Below, piece by piece: positions 1 through 8,838 of a stretch of 64,000 nucleotides of DNA (its first letter is position 1; the number at the start of each line of letters is the position of its first letter). Both the position numbers and the translations under genes were made by a program. Location of the stretch: NCBI GenBank assembly GCA_038247245.1, contig JBBRVE010000002.1, forward strand, positions 10,173 through 74,172. The letters are read 5' to 3'. The notes below the pieces were generated by a model that was given only the letters and a program-made list of their open reading frames with translations, had not been told where the DNA came from and did no database searches. The stretch comes from Bdellovibrionales bacterium. Its GTDB lineage: Bacteria; Pseudomonadota; Alphaproteobacteria; Micavibrionales; UBA2020.

Positions 1-104
1 CCAAGCAAAGCGGCAACACGCATCTTGACCTGCGCGCCCTGTCGATGCGCAAGGGCGTCGAAATCCCGCCCGAAAAACGCAAAGCGAACGGGCTGACCCC
101 GTGA
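1..104 (+). CDS. 3' end of a hypothetical protein truncated by the window edge; apparent third member of the tandem paralog family that follows
   Basis: The open frame ending at TGA 102-104 translates ...HLDLRALSMRKGVEIPPEKRKANGLTP. It carries the same LDL(R/S) module-end motif as the next two genes. Its stop overlaps the GTG at 101 (GTGA). Confidence 0.4.
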   Translation, partial: KQSGNTHLDLRALSMRKGVEIPPEKRKANGLTP

Positions 105-775
105 ACGGCCTCTCCAGCAAAATGCCCAAGGTGTTCAGCATGGGCAACACAGATGACCTTATCATTACCGCGAACGCCCCCATCGAGGGCGCGGGCGGCG
201 GCTGGCGCCAGATGGCATTCAAGGCAAGCAGCATCGATTTCCTGTTCGAAATCGACAAGGATATATCCGCCATGACGCTCAAAAACGGCGTCACTATTCC
301 CGTCGTCATGGGTTTCGAGCGCCTGAAAAAGATGGTTTATGAGCCCGATATGTCGACCGGCAACGGCATCGACCTGTCGCTTGTCACTGGCAAGGTGGTG
401 GGCGATGTGCAAACGGTGCGGCTGGCTAAAAAATTCAATCCCGTCGCGGCAGACGCCGAAAAATCGGCCAAGGAAGAAAGCAAGCTGGAACTGGTGATGT
501 TCGCGCATGGCAAACCCGTCGACCGCGAATTCCGCCGTATCCGCGTGAAGCAAAAAGACATCAATTATTTCGAGGCGCATGCCGACCGCCGCGAAACAGA
601 AACCTTCGTCCAGCTGAACTCGGGCACCGAAGTCAGCGGCATGAACGCATTTTATGTCGCCATGCCGCTCGATCATTTCGCGCATTACCTGAATGCGGCG
701 CTGCGTGGCGGTGATGCAGTGCTGGATTTGAGCGAGCGCACGAAACCCGCCAACCCGAAAGGGATGACGTTGTAA
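101..775 (+). CDS. hypothetical protein, two-module, paralog of 775..1470
   Basis: 224-aa ORF with a GTG start. The N-terminus (xGLSSKMPKVF..DDLIITA) aligns with the N-terminus of the next gene (xEGLKKFSKKML..DDLVIRA). Both halves end in LDLS/LSLVTG-type motifs. No recognised family. Confidence 0.7.
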   Translation: MNGLSSKMPKVFSMGNTDDLIITANAPIEGAGGGWRQMAFKASSIDFLFEIDKDISAMTLKNGVTIPVVMGFERLKKMVYEPDMSTGNGIDLSLVTGKVVGDVQTVRLAKKFNPVAADAEKSAKEESKLELVMFAHGKPVDREFRRIRVKQKDINYFEAHADRRETETFVQLNSGTEVSGMNAFYVAMPLDHFAHYLNAALRGGDAVLDLSERTKPANPKGMTL

Positions 776-1470
776 TGACCGAAGGCCTTAAAAAATTCTC
801 CAAGAAAATGCTGCCCGAGGCGGATGATCTTGTGATCCGCGCCATGGTGAAGGTGGCGGGCGGCGATACCTATGCGCCGCTGACGTTCATGCGCGAACGC
901 GTCGATTACGTAACCGAGGTGTCGCCGGACGTTGCCGGCATCGCGCTGAAAAACGGCGTCAAGATCGCGGTTGCGATGCCGTATGAAGACCTCGAGAAAA
1001 GCATTTATTTCGCCGATATCGGCAGCGATCCCGTCCTCGACCTGCGTGCCGTGACGGGGGCTGCGGTCCCGCAAACGCTGCCCGCGCTGACCCCGTTTTT
1101 TGCCGAGGCCGCCGCAGCCGAGAAGATGGACGGCGACAAGCTGCCGTTTGAAAACAAGCCGCTGAAAATCGCGGTGTTCGTACGCCAGCACGAAGAACAG
1201 AACTTCCAGATGTATTTCATCATGGATAACCGCATCGACTGGTCAAAGGTCGAAGGGCTGGAGCAGGGCAAGAACGGCAAGGCGACTATCCTTGCGCTGC
1301 TTTACGATAAAGGACCGTTCGGCGAGAACAAGATCATGATCGACATGCCGCGTCCCGCCTTCATGGAGGCCTATAACAAGGCCAAGATGGAAGGGTTGAG
1401 CGAGCTGGACCTGCGCGACTGGACACGCCGCCGCGACCCTGACAAAACGCCCAAGCCGCCGTCACCCTGA
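775..1470 (+). CDS. hypothetical protein, paralog of 101..775
   Basis: 231-aa ORF. Its ATG overlaps the upstream TAA (TAATG). Shared motifs include LKNGV.I.V.M.YE.L.K..Y and VLDLRAVTG / ELDLRDWT. Confidence 0.7.
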   Translation: MTEGLKKFSKKMLPEADDLVIRAMVKVAGGDTYAPLTFMRERVDYVTEVSPDVAGIALKNGVKIAVAMPYEDLEKSIYFADIGSDPVLDLRAVTGAAVPQTLPALTPFFAEAAAAEKMDGDKLPFENKPLKIAVFVRQHEEQNFQMYFIMDNRIDWSKVEGLEQGKNGKATILALLYDKGPFGENKIMIDMPRPAFMEAYNKAKMEGLSELDLRDWTRRRDPDKTPKPPSP

Positions 1471-1481
1471 CCCGGCAGCTG

Positions 1482-1844
1482 TTATGACTTTGCGTATAAC
1501 ACCGGCTGTATCGCGGGCGCACGGGTCTTGATCACCTGCGTCGCTGTGGGCGTGTGCTGCGTTTCGGACGGGGCGGGCGCGCCGTTGTGCGCGGCCATCG
1601 CGAAAGAAAGCGTCAGGCCTGCGGCGATGCCAGCCAACGTGCTGACAGTGAAGGCGACCGGCTTGAATTTTTTGCCCTCTGACAGCGCCCTGACCGCCGC
1701 TATTCCCGCAAACGCGCCAGCCATGGGCAGATTGCCGCCCGCAAGCCAGATCGCCGAGGTCGAGAGTAAAAGTCCGGATGTGACGCTGCCAAGATTGCCG
1801 TCACCCTGATTGTTGTTGGCTGTAAGGTTGTTGTTTGCAGACAT
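1482..1844 (-). CDS. small hypothetical membrane protein
   Basis: Internal ATG at 1844 is preceded by GGGAGA about 8 nt upstream. The 121-aa product has Ala/Gly-rich hydrophobic segments. The longer 182-aa ORF has an implausible N-terminus. Confidence 0.5.
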   Translation of the reverse strand: MSANNNLTANNNQGDGNLGSVTSGLLLSTSAIWLAGGNLPMAGAFAGIAAVRALSEGKKFKPVAFTVSTLAGIAAGLTLSFAMAAHNGAPAPSETQHTPTATQVIKTRAPAIQPVLYAKS

Positions 1845-2203
1845 GCGCTTTCTCCCTGTTTCATCCGGGAGCGATTTGAGTGGCCGTGACAGGGACAAAC
1901 AAAACCAGCCCGAATAGCGTTTCATGGCTGTTTTGTGGATGCGTGAGAAAAGCAGGCGGGAAACAAACCCGTTTGGGTAAAACCGCGAGCCGCAAGAGAC
2001 ATCCGACTTGGCATCTATGATAATCCGCATCTGCAGTTATGTCAATACCAGAGGCCGTTCCAGAAAAGGCCTACAGCATTATTGCCTTGATATCCCTTTG
2101 TTTATTCACAATGTTCAATAACCGTTTATCCTTTTAACAGTAACATAGTATTGCGAAATACGCAATTATTTATTGATAAAGCACTGGTGCCGCGCATAAA
2201 AAA

Positions 2204-2234
2204 ACGCCCGCCGCGGCAATCCGCTGGCGGGCGT
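2204..2234 (-). terminator. rho-independent terminator of the 2255..3079 gene
   Basis: 9-bp GC stem ACGCCCGCC / GGCGGGCGT, followed on the minus strand by a T7 run (A-run 2198-2204 on plus). Confidence 0.85.
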
Positions 2235-2254
2235 ATTCTTTTGAGCAGAAGCGA

Positions 2255-3079
2255 TTAGGGCTTCGGCGCGACGGTGATGCCGGCTTTAGCAGCGGGCAGG
2301 GCGACAGGAGCCGCATCGTCTTGCTCGGCTGCCTTGCTAGCAGCTTTGGCAAAGCGTTGTGCGAGGCCTTCGTAGATGTCTTTCTGGTGTTCGTCAGACA
2401 GGCTGCCCAGGTTGTATTTCACTTCCTGATAGGTCTTGCGCTCTTCGATAGCGCGCAGCGAGTTGTAGTCGATTTCCAGTTTCTCTTTCGCGCCATCGTA
2501 ATCAACGCCGCGGAAACCCTTTACGTAGTCGATCGAACGGCGGGTGCCGGTGATCAGGTTCAGCGCAGCGGGAGCAAGCGAGATGGCAGCGATGACAGCG
2601 CCAACAGCGAGCGAGAAGCCGGCAACGCCGATCATTGCAGCGGGAACCATCACGGGAACGGTCACAGCAGCAGCGATCGCGGTCACGGCGATTTTGCCGC
2701 CGACGGCAGCAACAACGGTGTTACCCAGTGTCGCAGCAAGCGCGGTACCTGCAACGTACCAGGAAGCAAGCGCCGCAGCGCCGCCGCCCAGCCATTGTGC
2801 GGTGTGCAGGTATTTGCCAGCCGACAGGTGGTGCGTGGCGCGTGCAGCGTTACGGCCGATGATGCCAGCGGGCATGCCGAGGAATGCGAGGGGACCGGAG
2901 CGCAGTTTTTTCGAAACGGCCATGTTGTCCAGTTTCTTTGCAGCCCACTGCAGGCCTTCGAGCGGCTTTTCGAAAACGTATTTCGTGTAGGCGTTCCAGA
3001 GCTCTTTCGGCTTGATCGGAATAACGATCTCTTTACGGGCTTCGAGTTCTTTTTCTGTCAACTGACGGGGTTCGGTCAT
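2255..3079 (-). CDS. hypothetical membrane protein (central Ala/Gly/Val-rich transmembrane block, charged termini)
   Basis: ORF 2255..3166. The start is placed at the internal ATG (MTEPRQL) at 3079. Composition is protein-like; the overlapping plus-strand ORFs look like antisense artefacts. Confidence 0.65.
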   Translation of the reverse strand: MTEPRQLTEKELEARKEIVIPIKPKELWNAYTKYVFEKPLEGLQWAAKKLDNMAVSKKLRSGPLAFLGMPAGIIGRNAARATHHLSAGKYLHTAQWLGGGAAALASWYVAGTALAATLGNTVVAAVGGKIAVTAIAAAVTVPVMVPAAMIGVAGFSLAVGAVIAAISLAPAALNLITGTRRSIDYVKGFRGVDYDGAKEKLEIDYNSLRAIEERKTYQEVKYNLGSLSDEHQKDIYEGLAQRFAKAASKAAEQDDAAPVALPAAKAGITVAPKP

Positions 3080-3594
3080 TTCTTGGTACTGCCTTTCAAA
3101 ATGAAGTCTTCTGCGTAATGTTCGAAAATCTATTCCTCTATCCCGCAGGGCCTTTTTACTGCGCAATTTGCGCGTACCGGCTCACGGCGAATCATTTTTC
3201 GAAACCGCCGCGATCCTATTTATGAAATCATGTTATGTCCATCCCCTATCTTTAATACGGGTGTATTAGAAAATATGACAGGATTATGGATTTATCACGT
3301 TGTCATAAATCAGAGGAAGAGAATGGAGGAAGGGGTTGGGAGGACAGGGAATTATAAAAGTGTAACCCCGGTCTTCGCCATGGTGGCGCGGTAGGGGGAT
3401 TTAGATCAAACGTCCCGGAGTAACCTGAAAATCCGAAAGCGAGATGCTTCACCGCTACAGGAAGCAACCCGCAATATCTGTGTCGTAGACAACCGGGCAC
3501 AGTTGCCCGATCTCGCCGAGATCGATGTCGGGTTTCGCCGACGGCCCGGGCGGAAGGTGTTTCTCGGCCTCTGTTTTTTCCTCCGCCGCCTTGA

Positions 3595-4395
3595 TCATCT
3601 GGTCCAGATCGTCCGCGTACCGCGACACCTCGTCATGTGCATCCAGTCCCAGCGGCGGTATGCCGGGGGAAGTGGAATTGAATGCGGTGGCGGGGTCAAA
3701 GGGGGCGCCGTTTTAATAAAGGTCTGGCACCATTTCCGCGCCTCTTTGAGTATCGATATGAGTTTTTGCGCCTGCCCGGCTGTAATCCCGTTCGGGTATT
3801 CACTGCAGAGGGCGTACTGCGCCGCAGCGTCGCCGCCGTTTGCGGCTGACAATATTTCCGGCGTCGCGGCAGTATACCACGTCACTTGCTCCTCCTGCGG
3901 CAAGAGTATCTCGGCGGCGCGATAGCCCTGCGCGGCTGCTTTCGCCGCCCATTCCTGCGACAGCGCTTCGTTCCGCAGGAGGCTTCTATAATAAAAAACC
4001 GCAAGCATGTATTGCGCCTCGCCGTCGCCTTTCTCCGCCCGAGCCTTCAGATTGGCTTCCGCCCTTTCGAACCACAGGCGCGCTTGCTTCATGTCCTTCT
4101 CGATGCCGGAGTACAATGCGCGCCCCTGATGGTAGGCCTCGGCGACAAATACCTGCGCCTGCAGATCGCCCTCTTCAGCCGCCTTCCGGCAGACCTGTAC
4201 AGCAACACCCGCATCGCGGCTTTTAGACGCCGCCGCCCGCGCGGCCTTGCACTCTGCGGCGCTGCCGGAACTACCCTCATAGCAGACCGCCAGCACCAAG
4301 AGCCCCGCCACCAGAATAACCGCGAGTATCGCGGCTTTGCGTTTCTGGAACGTGTCGTTGATCATCTGGATTTTCCGAGACGTGGTCATGGGCAT
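3595..4395 (-). CDS. Sel1-like (SLR/TPR) repeat protein with N-terminal membrane anchor; 3' end possibly frameshifted
   Basis: Contains repeated A.EGD..AQ..L...Y..G and GD.EAQY.LA..Y motifs typical of Sel1 repeats, plus an N-terminal hydrophobic helix. The last ~40 aa (W/R/C/M-rich) look out of frame; see the finding. Confidence 0.75.
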   Translation of the reverse strand: MPMTTSRKIQMINDTFQKRKAAILAVILVAGLLVLAVCYEGSSGSAAECKAARAAASKSRDAGVAVQVCRKAAEEGDLQAQVFVAEAYHQGRALYSGIEKDMKQARLWFERAEANLKARAEKGDGEAQYMLAVFYYRSLLRNEALSQEWAAKAAAQGYRAAEILLPQEEQVTWYTAATPEILSAANGGDAAAQYALCSEYPNGITAGQAQKLISILKEARKWCQTFIKTAPPLTPPPHSIPLPPAYRRWDWMHMTRCRGTRTIWTR

Positions 4396-4402
4396 TCCTT
4401 CT

Positions 4403-4591
4403 TTATTGCGGGTTCAGGGCGCGAGGGCCGCTGGTTTTTTTCTGGCGCTGCAACCATGAAACCGCATACGGGCATAGAGCAACGACGGCCAGATCTGCCA
4501 GTTTTGCAGCTTGGACGACGCACTGCATCAGCATGTCTGCCGCGCAGTTCGACAGGCGCTTTTCTTCGTTGTTGACGAAGCGTGAACTCAT
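4403..4591 (-). CDS. small hypothetical protein (doubtful)
   Basis: 62-aa ORF ending 8 nt before the Sel1 gene start. No recognisable motif. Confidence 0.25.
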   Translation of the reverse strand: MSSRFVNNEEKRLSNCAADMLMQCVVQAAKLADLAVVALCPYAVSWLQRQKKTSGPRALNPQ

Positions 4592-4723
4592 GGTGCGCTG
4601 TTTTTCCGGTCTATACTTATATAAAGCATCAAAATCCCCTCGTTGAAAAGGGACTATTCACCGTTATATACAGTAGCTCAGTTATTTAACTGCAGCCCCC
4701 CCATCCCGCCGGGGTTACAGGGA

Positions 4724-7609
4724 TTAGGCAACTTTGGACGATTTACTGCCCAGCAACGGCTTCAGGAATTGCCCCGTATAGCTGCGTTTTTCGCGGGCGA
4801 CTTTTTCGGGGGTGTCCTGAATCAGGATCTCGCCGCCCTTGTCGCCGCCTTCGGGGCCCACATCGATGATCCAGTCGGCGGTCTTGATGACTTCAAGGTT
4901 ATGCTCGATCACGACGACCGTGTTGCCCTGATCGACAAGGCGGTGCAGGACTTCCAGCAGTTTGCGCACATCCTCGAAATGCAAACCTGTGGTCGGCTCA
5001 TCCAATATATATAATGTGCGGCCGGTGGCGCGCTTCGACAGTTCCTTGGACAGCTTCACGCGCTGCGCCTCGCCTCCCGACAGGGTGGTGGCGCGCTGGC
5101 CGACATGGACATAGCCCAATCCGACCTCCTTCAGCGTTTCCATCTTTTCGCGGATGGAGGGCACGACCTTGAAGAATTCGGCTGCTTCCTCCACCGTCAT
5201 GTCGAGCACGTCGGCGATGGATTTTTCCTTGTACTTCACTTCCAGCGTTTCGCGGTTATAGCGCGTGCCTTTACAGGCGTCGCAGGTCACATGGACATCG
5301 GGAAGGAAGTGCATTTCGATCTTGATAACGCCGTCACCTTCGCAGGCTTCGCAGCGTCCGCCCTTGACGTTAAACGAAAAACGGCCGGGGCCATAGCCGC
5401 GCGCCTTTGCTTCAGGCAGGCCCGCATACCAGTCGCGGATGGGCGTGAATGCGCCGGTGTAGGTCGCGGGGTTTGACCGCGGCGTGCGGCCGATGGGCGA
5501 CTGGTCGATGTCGATCACCTTGTCGATATATTCAAGGCCCCTGATTTCGTCATGCGCGCCCGGATGCACGCGCGCCTTCATCAGGCGCCGCGCGGTTGCG
5601 GCATACAGCGTGTCGATGGTGAGCGACGACTTGCCCGAACCGGAAACGCCGGTCACGCAGGTAAAAGTGCCGACCGGAACCTTCGCATCCACGTTCTTCA
5701 GGTTGTTTTCGCGTGCGCCGATCACTTCGATATATTGCGTCTCGATGCCTTTTTTTGTCTGGACGGTTTTACCCTTGCGGCGCGTTGCCGGCACCTTGAT
5801 CTCTTTCGCGCCGGTCAGATATTGCGCGGTCAGGCTGTTCTTGTTCTTCATCAGCTGGTCGCGCGTGCCCTGCGCGATCACTTCGCCGCCATGGATGCCG
5901 GCGCCGGGGCCCATGTCGATGACCCAATCCGCCATGCGGATCGCGTCTTCGTCATGTTCGACCACGAGGACAGTATTGCCAAGGTCGCGCAGGCGTTTCA
6001 GGGTATCAAGGAGTCGGTTGTTGTCGCGTTGGTGAAGGCCAATAGACGGCTCATCCAGCACATACAATACACCCGTCAGGCCGGAGCCGATCTGGGATGC
6101 AAGGCGAATGCGCTGGCTTTCCCCGCCCGACAGCGTGCCGGAACGGCGCGCGAGTGTCAGGTATTCAAGGCCCACATCCAGCAGGAAGGTCAACCGGTCG
6201 TTGATTTCTTTCAAAATCCGCACGGCGATTTCGCGGTGCTTCTTGTTCAGCTTGGGCATCAGGCTGCTGAACCAGTCATGCGAGGCCTGAATGGACAGCA
6301 GCGAAATTTCGCCCACATGCCTGCCGTCGATCTTGATCGCCAGCGCTTCGGGCTTCAGGCGATACCCTTTGCAGGCATCGCAAACATGCTCCACCTTATA
6401 CTGGTCGAGGTCTTCGCGGATGTGGAAGCTGTCGGTTTCCATGTAGCGGCGGCGCAGGTTGGGCAGCACGCCTTCGAATTTGTTCGATGTCTGGTAATCG
6501 CGCGTGCCATCCCAGTATTTGAACGTGATCTTGTCTTCGCCCGTGCCGTACAGGATCGCGTCCTGCAATTTCTTCGGCAGTTTTTCCCACGGCGTGGTCA
6601 TGCTGCCCTTGAACGCCTTGGCAAGGCTTTCAAGCGTCTGTTCGTACCAGCCGGATGACGAATTCGCCCAAGGCGCAACCGCGCCTTCCTTCAGCGACAG
6701 CGACGGATCTGGCACGACCATTTCGGGGTCGAAGATCATCTTGTTGCCAAGCCCGTCGCAGACGGGGCACGCGCCGAACGGGTTGTTGAACGAAAACAGG
6801 CGGGGTTCAATCTCCGCAATTGTAAATCCCGAAACGGGGCAGGCGAATTTGGAAGAGAAAATCTGTTCTTCCTTGGTGTCGGCATTCTCGACAATCACAA
6901 GGCCTTCATCGGACAGCTTCAGCGCGGTTTCCACGGAATCCGCAAGGCGGTTGCCGAGGTCTTTTTTCACCACCAGACGGTCAATGACGACGTAAATATC
7001 ATGCTTGATCTGCTTGTCGAGCGTGGGCACGGCATCCAGCTCATGGAATTTGCCGTCGATCTTGACGCGCTGGAAACCTTTCTTGCGCAGCTCCTGGAAT
7101 TCCTTGCGGTACTCGCCCTTGCGGCCGCGCGCGATGGGGGCCATCAGGTACAGTTTCGTGCCTTCGCCCATCTGCAAAATCTGGTCAACCATTTCGGAGG
7201 GCGTCTGGCTGGAAATCGGCTTGCCGGTCGCGGGCGAATAGGGGATGCCGACGCGCGCCCACAGCAAACGCATGTAATCATGAATTTCCGTGACCGTGCC
7301 GACGGTGGAGCGCGGGTTTTTCGAGGTCGTTTTTTGCTCGATCGAAATCGCTGGCGACAGACCTTCAATTGAATCCACATCGGGTTTTTGCATCAGCTCC
7401 AGAAACTGGCGGGCATAGGCGGACAGGGATTCAACATATCTGCGCTGCCCCTCGGCATAGATCGTGTCGAAGGCGAGCGACGATTTGCCCGAGCCGGACA
7501 ACCCCGTGATCACAACCAGCTGGTCGCGGGGAATTTCGACGTCGATATTTTTCAGGTTATGTTCGCGCGCGCCTTTGATGCGGATCGATTTATTATATGC
7601 CTCAGCCAT
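4724..7609 (-). CDS. uvrA: excinuclease ABC subunit A
   Basis: 961 aa with two ABC ATPase modules ([29 protein letters not shown] signatures), zinc-finger cysteines ([16 protein letters not shown]) and the canonical N-terminus [14 protein letters not shown]. Confidence 0.98.
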   Translation of the reverse strand: MAEAYNKSIRIKGAREHNLKNIDVEIPRDQLVVITGLSGSGKSSLAFDTIYAEGQRRYVESLSAYARQFLELMQKPDVDSIEGLSPAISIEQKTTSKNPRSTVGTVTEIHDYMRLLWARVGIPYSPATGKPISSQTPSEMVDQILQMGEGTKLYLMAPIARGRKGEYRKEFQELRKKGFQRVKIDGKFHELDAVPTLDKQIKHDIYVVIDRLVVKKDLGNRLADSVETALKLSDEGLVIVENADTKEEQIFSSKFACPVSGFTIAEIEPRLFSFNNPFGACPVCDGLGNKMIFDPEMVVPDPSLSLKEGAVAPWANSSSGWYEQTLESLAKAFKGSMTTPWEKLPKKLQDAILYGTGEDKITFKYWDGTRDYQTSNKFEGVLPNLRRRYMETDSFHIREDLDQYKVEHVCDACKGYRLKPEALAIKIDGRHVGEISLLSIQASHDWFSSLMPKLNKKHREIAVRILKEINDRLTFLLDVGLEYLTLARRSGTLSGGESQRIRLASQIGSGLTGVLYVLDEPSIGLHQRDNNRLLDTLKRLRDLGNTVLVVEHDEDAIRMADWVIDMGPGAGIHGGEVIAQGTRDQLMKNKNSLTAQYLTGAKEIKVPATRRKGKTVQTKKGIETQYIEVIGARENNLKNVDAKVPVGTFTCVTGVSGSGKSSLTIDTLYAATARRLMKARVHPGAHDEIRGLEYIDKVIDIDQSPIGRTPRSNPATYTGAFTPIRDWYAGLPEAKARGYGPGRFSFNVKGGRCEACEGDGVIKIEMHFLPDVHVTCDACKGTRYNRETLEVKYKEKSIADVLDMTVEEAAEFFKVVPSIREKMETLKEVGLGYVHVGQRATTLSGGEAQRVKLSKELSKRATGRTLYILDEPTTGLHFEDVRKLLEVLHRLVDQGNTVVVIEHNLEVIKTADWIIDVGPEGGDKGGEILIQDTPEKVAREKRSYTGQFLKPLLGSKSSKVA

Positions 7610-7677
7610 GAACCTGTATTCTCACCCTTCGATTATCCATATGATTTAGAGCGCCAACATAGCTCTGCAAGGTCTGG

Positions 7678-7692
7678 GAACATATATAGAAC
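7678..7692. promoter_or_regulatory. alphaproteobacterial-type LexA (SOS) box GAAC-N7-GAAC upstream of uvrA
   Basis: Exact GAACatatataGAAC lies 69 bp upstream of the uvrA start. uvrA is a canonical SOS regulon member, and this direct-repeat motif is the LexA site described for Rhodobacter and Rhizobium. Confidence 0.7.
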
Positions 7693-7731
7693 AATTCCCG
7701 CGCCTTGTCAGCAAATAGATATAAAACGAAC

Positions 7732-7753
7732 GGCCCGGTTGTCACGCCGGGCC
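7732..7753 (-). terminator. hairpin with T-rich tail (minus strand) just upstream of the uvrA promoter region
   Basis: GGCCCGG / CCGGGCC 7-bp stem with an 8-nt loop, followed on the minus strand by GTTCGTTTTAT. Confidence 0.5.
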
Positions 7754-8080
7754 GCACCGATTGAGGGTAATATTTTCTGGTAGAAGGTCCCGCCCGCCGC
7801 GTCCCGGGGGAGGAAACGCGTAAAGGCGGAGGCCGCACGCAAGTGGATCGAGATCACCAGAGCCACCCGAATTCCGCCGGTTGAGAGATCGGTGTAAAGA
7901 GGCCGGTTGGCGCCAGCCGCTTCGGGTGCTTGGGTGTGTGGCGGAACTGCAGGCAGGCCCTGAAGTGATTCCGTCACCACATACGCACAATTTAATCATC
8001 TCAGATTCGCGTAAGCATCCCGTAAATTATGCGGTCCTTTTTTCTAAAATTTTACGCGCATTATTTGTGGTGAAAACAAG

Positions 8081-8120
8081 AAAGCCCCCTTTCCTCGGGC
8101 AACGGGAAAGGGGGCTTTCG
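8081..8120 (-). terminator. rho-independent terminator of the DUF4142-like gene
   Basis: Perfect 15-bp stem GAAAGCCCCCTTTCC / GGAAAGGGGGCTTTC with a 10-nt loop, followed on the minus strand by TTGTTTT. Confidence 0.9.
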
Positions 8121-8138
8121 CTGAAGAAAAACCTCGAA

Positions 8139-8642
8139 TTAATCGACTTTTGCTTCAAGCTTGTAGGCGTGGTCCTTGTGCGCTTCCAGCGTCGGGACAC
8201 TCGATGCGGCAAAGGTTTTCAGTGCGGCATTTTCGCCGTCATCCGCGTAATCCTTGAACAGCTTAACTGCTTTGCGATGCGCCGCTTTCTGCATGTCCAT
8301 GTAATCTTCATCGAAATCTTTCGCGTCCGCCTCGCGCAGGTCTTCCAGCTTCTCGGTGTATTTTTCCTCGAGCGCTGCGGGGGCCAGCGACATGTCGACA
8401 CCGTCGGCAGCCATTGCCTCTTTCAGCTTGGCGGAAGCCATCGTGTGGTCGTCGATCATCTGCTGCGCGAAGGTTTTGATTTCGGGGTTGGTTGCGCGTT
8501 CCAGCGCGATCTTGCTCGATTCAATTTCGAACATGCCGGCCTGCGATGCCTTGCCCACGAAATCTTTCGTGGAGGTCGCAAATGCGGGGGAGGCGGCGAA
8601 CAGCGCGGTCATCGCGACAGCGGCGAGGGTCAGTTTTTTCAT
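8139..8642 (-). CDS. secreted DUF4142-like four-helix protein
   Basis: Start placed at MKKLTLAAVAMTALFAASPAFA (signal peptide) with GGAG upstream. The duplicated pattern (..E...S..A..RA.NPE.K.FA..MI.DH... / ..AALKTFA...PTLE.H) matches my recollection of DUF4142 proteins. Confidence 0.8.
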   Translation of the reverse strand: MKKLTLAAVAMTALFAASPAFATSTKDFVGKASQAGMFEIESSKIALERATNPEIKTFAQQMIDDHTMASAKLKEAMAADGVDMSLAPAALEEKYTEKLEDLREADAKDFDEDYMDMQKAAHRKAVKLFKDYADDGENAALKTFAASSVPTLEAHKDHAYKLEAKVD

Positions 8643-8838
8643 GGGGCAGGCTCCGGTTAGGTTAAATGCGGGTCGTTCTATGCAGGTAAACAACATGCGC
8701 CCGATTCAGGTTCCAAAGTGCCCCACATAATTTTTCAATTAAATATGGCAAACTAATTTGCTTGCAATATCAACGATGTTTTGGCAATATCCAGAAAGAA
8801 TTTGTTATACAGCAATTGAGCATATATACTGGCCTTAC

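Noticed and set aside
3388-3455. Three-way-junction-like pairing (GCGGT...ACCGC closing helix with inner hairpins) that looked superficially tRNA-like.
   Set aside because: It has no T-loop (TTCGAxx), arm lengths are wrong and no anticodon loop can be placed. The segment is also covered by the alternative reading frame of the Sel1 gene tail, so the pairing is probably incidental.
7700-8040. I tried to identify the uvrA-upstream structured region as a known RNA: RNase P RNA, SRP/4.5S RNA, tmRNA, 6S RNA, or a cobalamin, TPP, glycine or c-di-GMP riboswitch.
   Set aside because: The diagnostic strings are absent on both strands. Missing are GAGGAAAGTCCGGGC (RNase P), GGTCAGGTCCGGAAGGAAGCAGCC (SRP), a T-arm GGTTCGAxTCC with a tag ORF (tmRNA), the B12 box and the CTGAGA...ACCTGA pairing (TPP). 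I therefore keep it only as an unassigned candidate.
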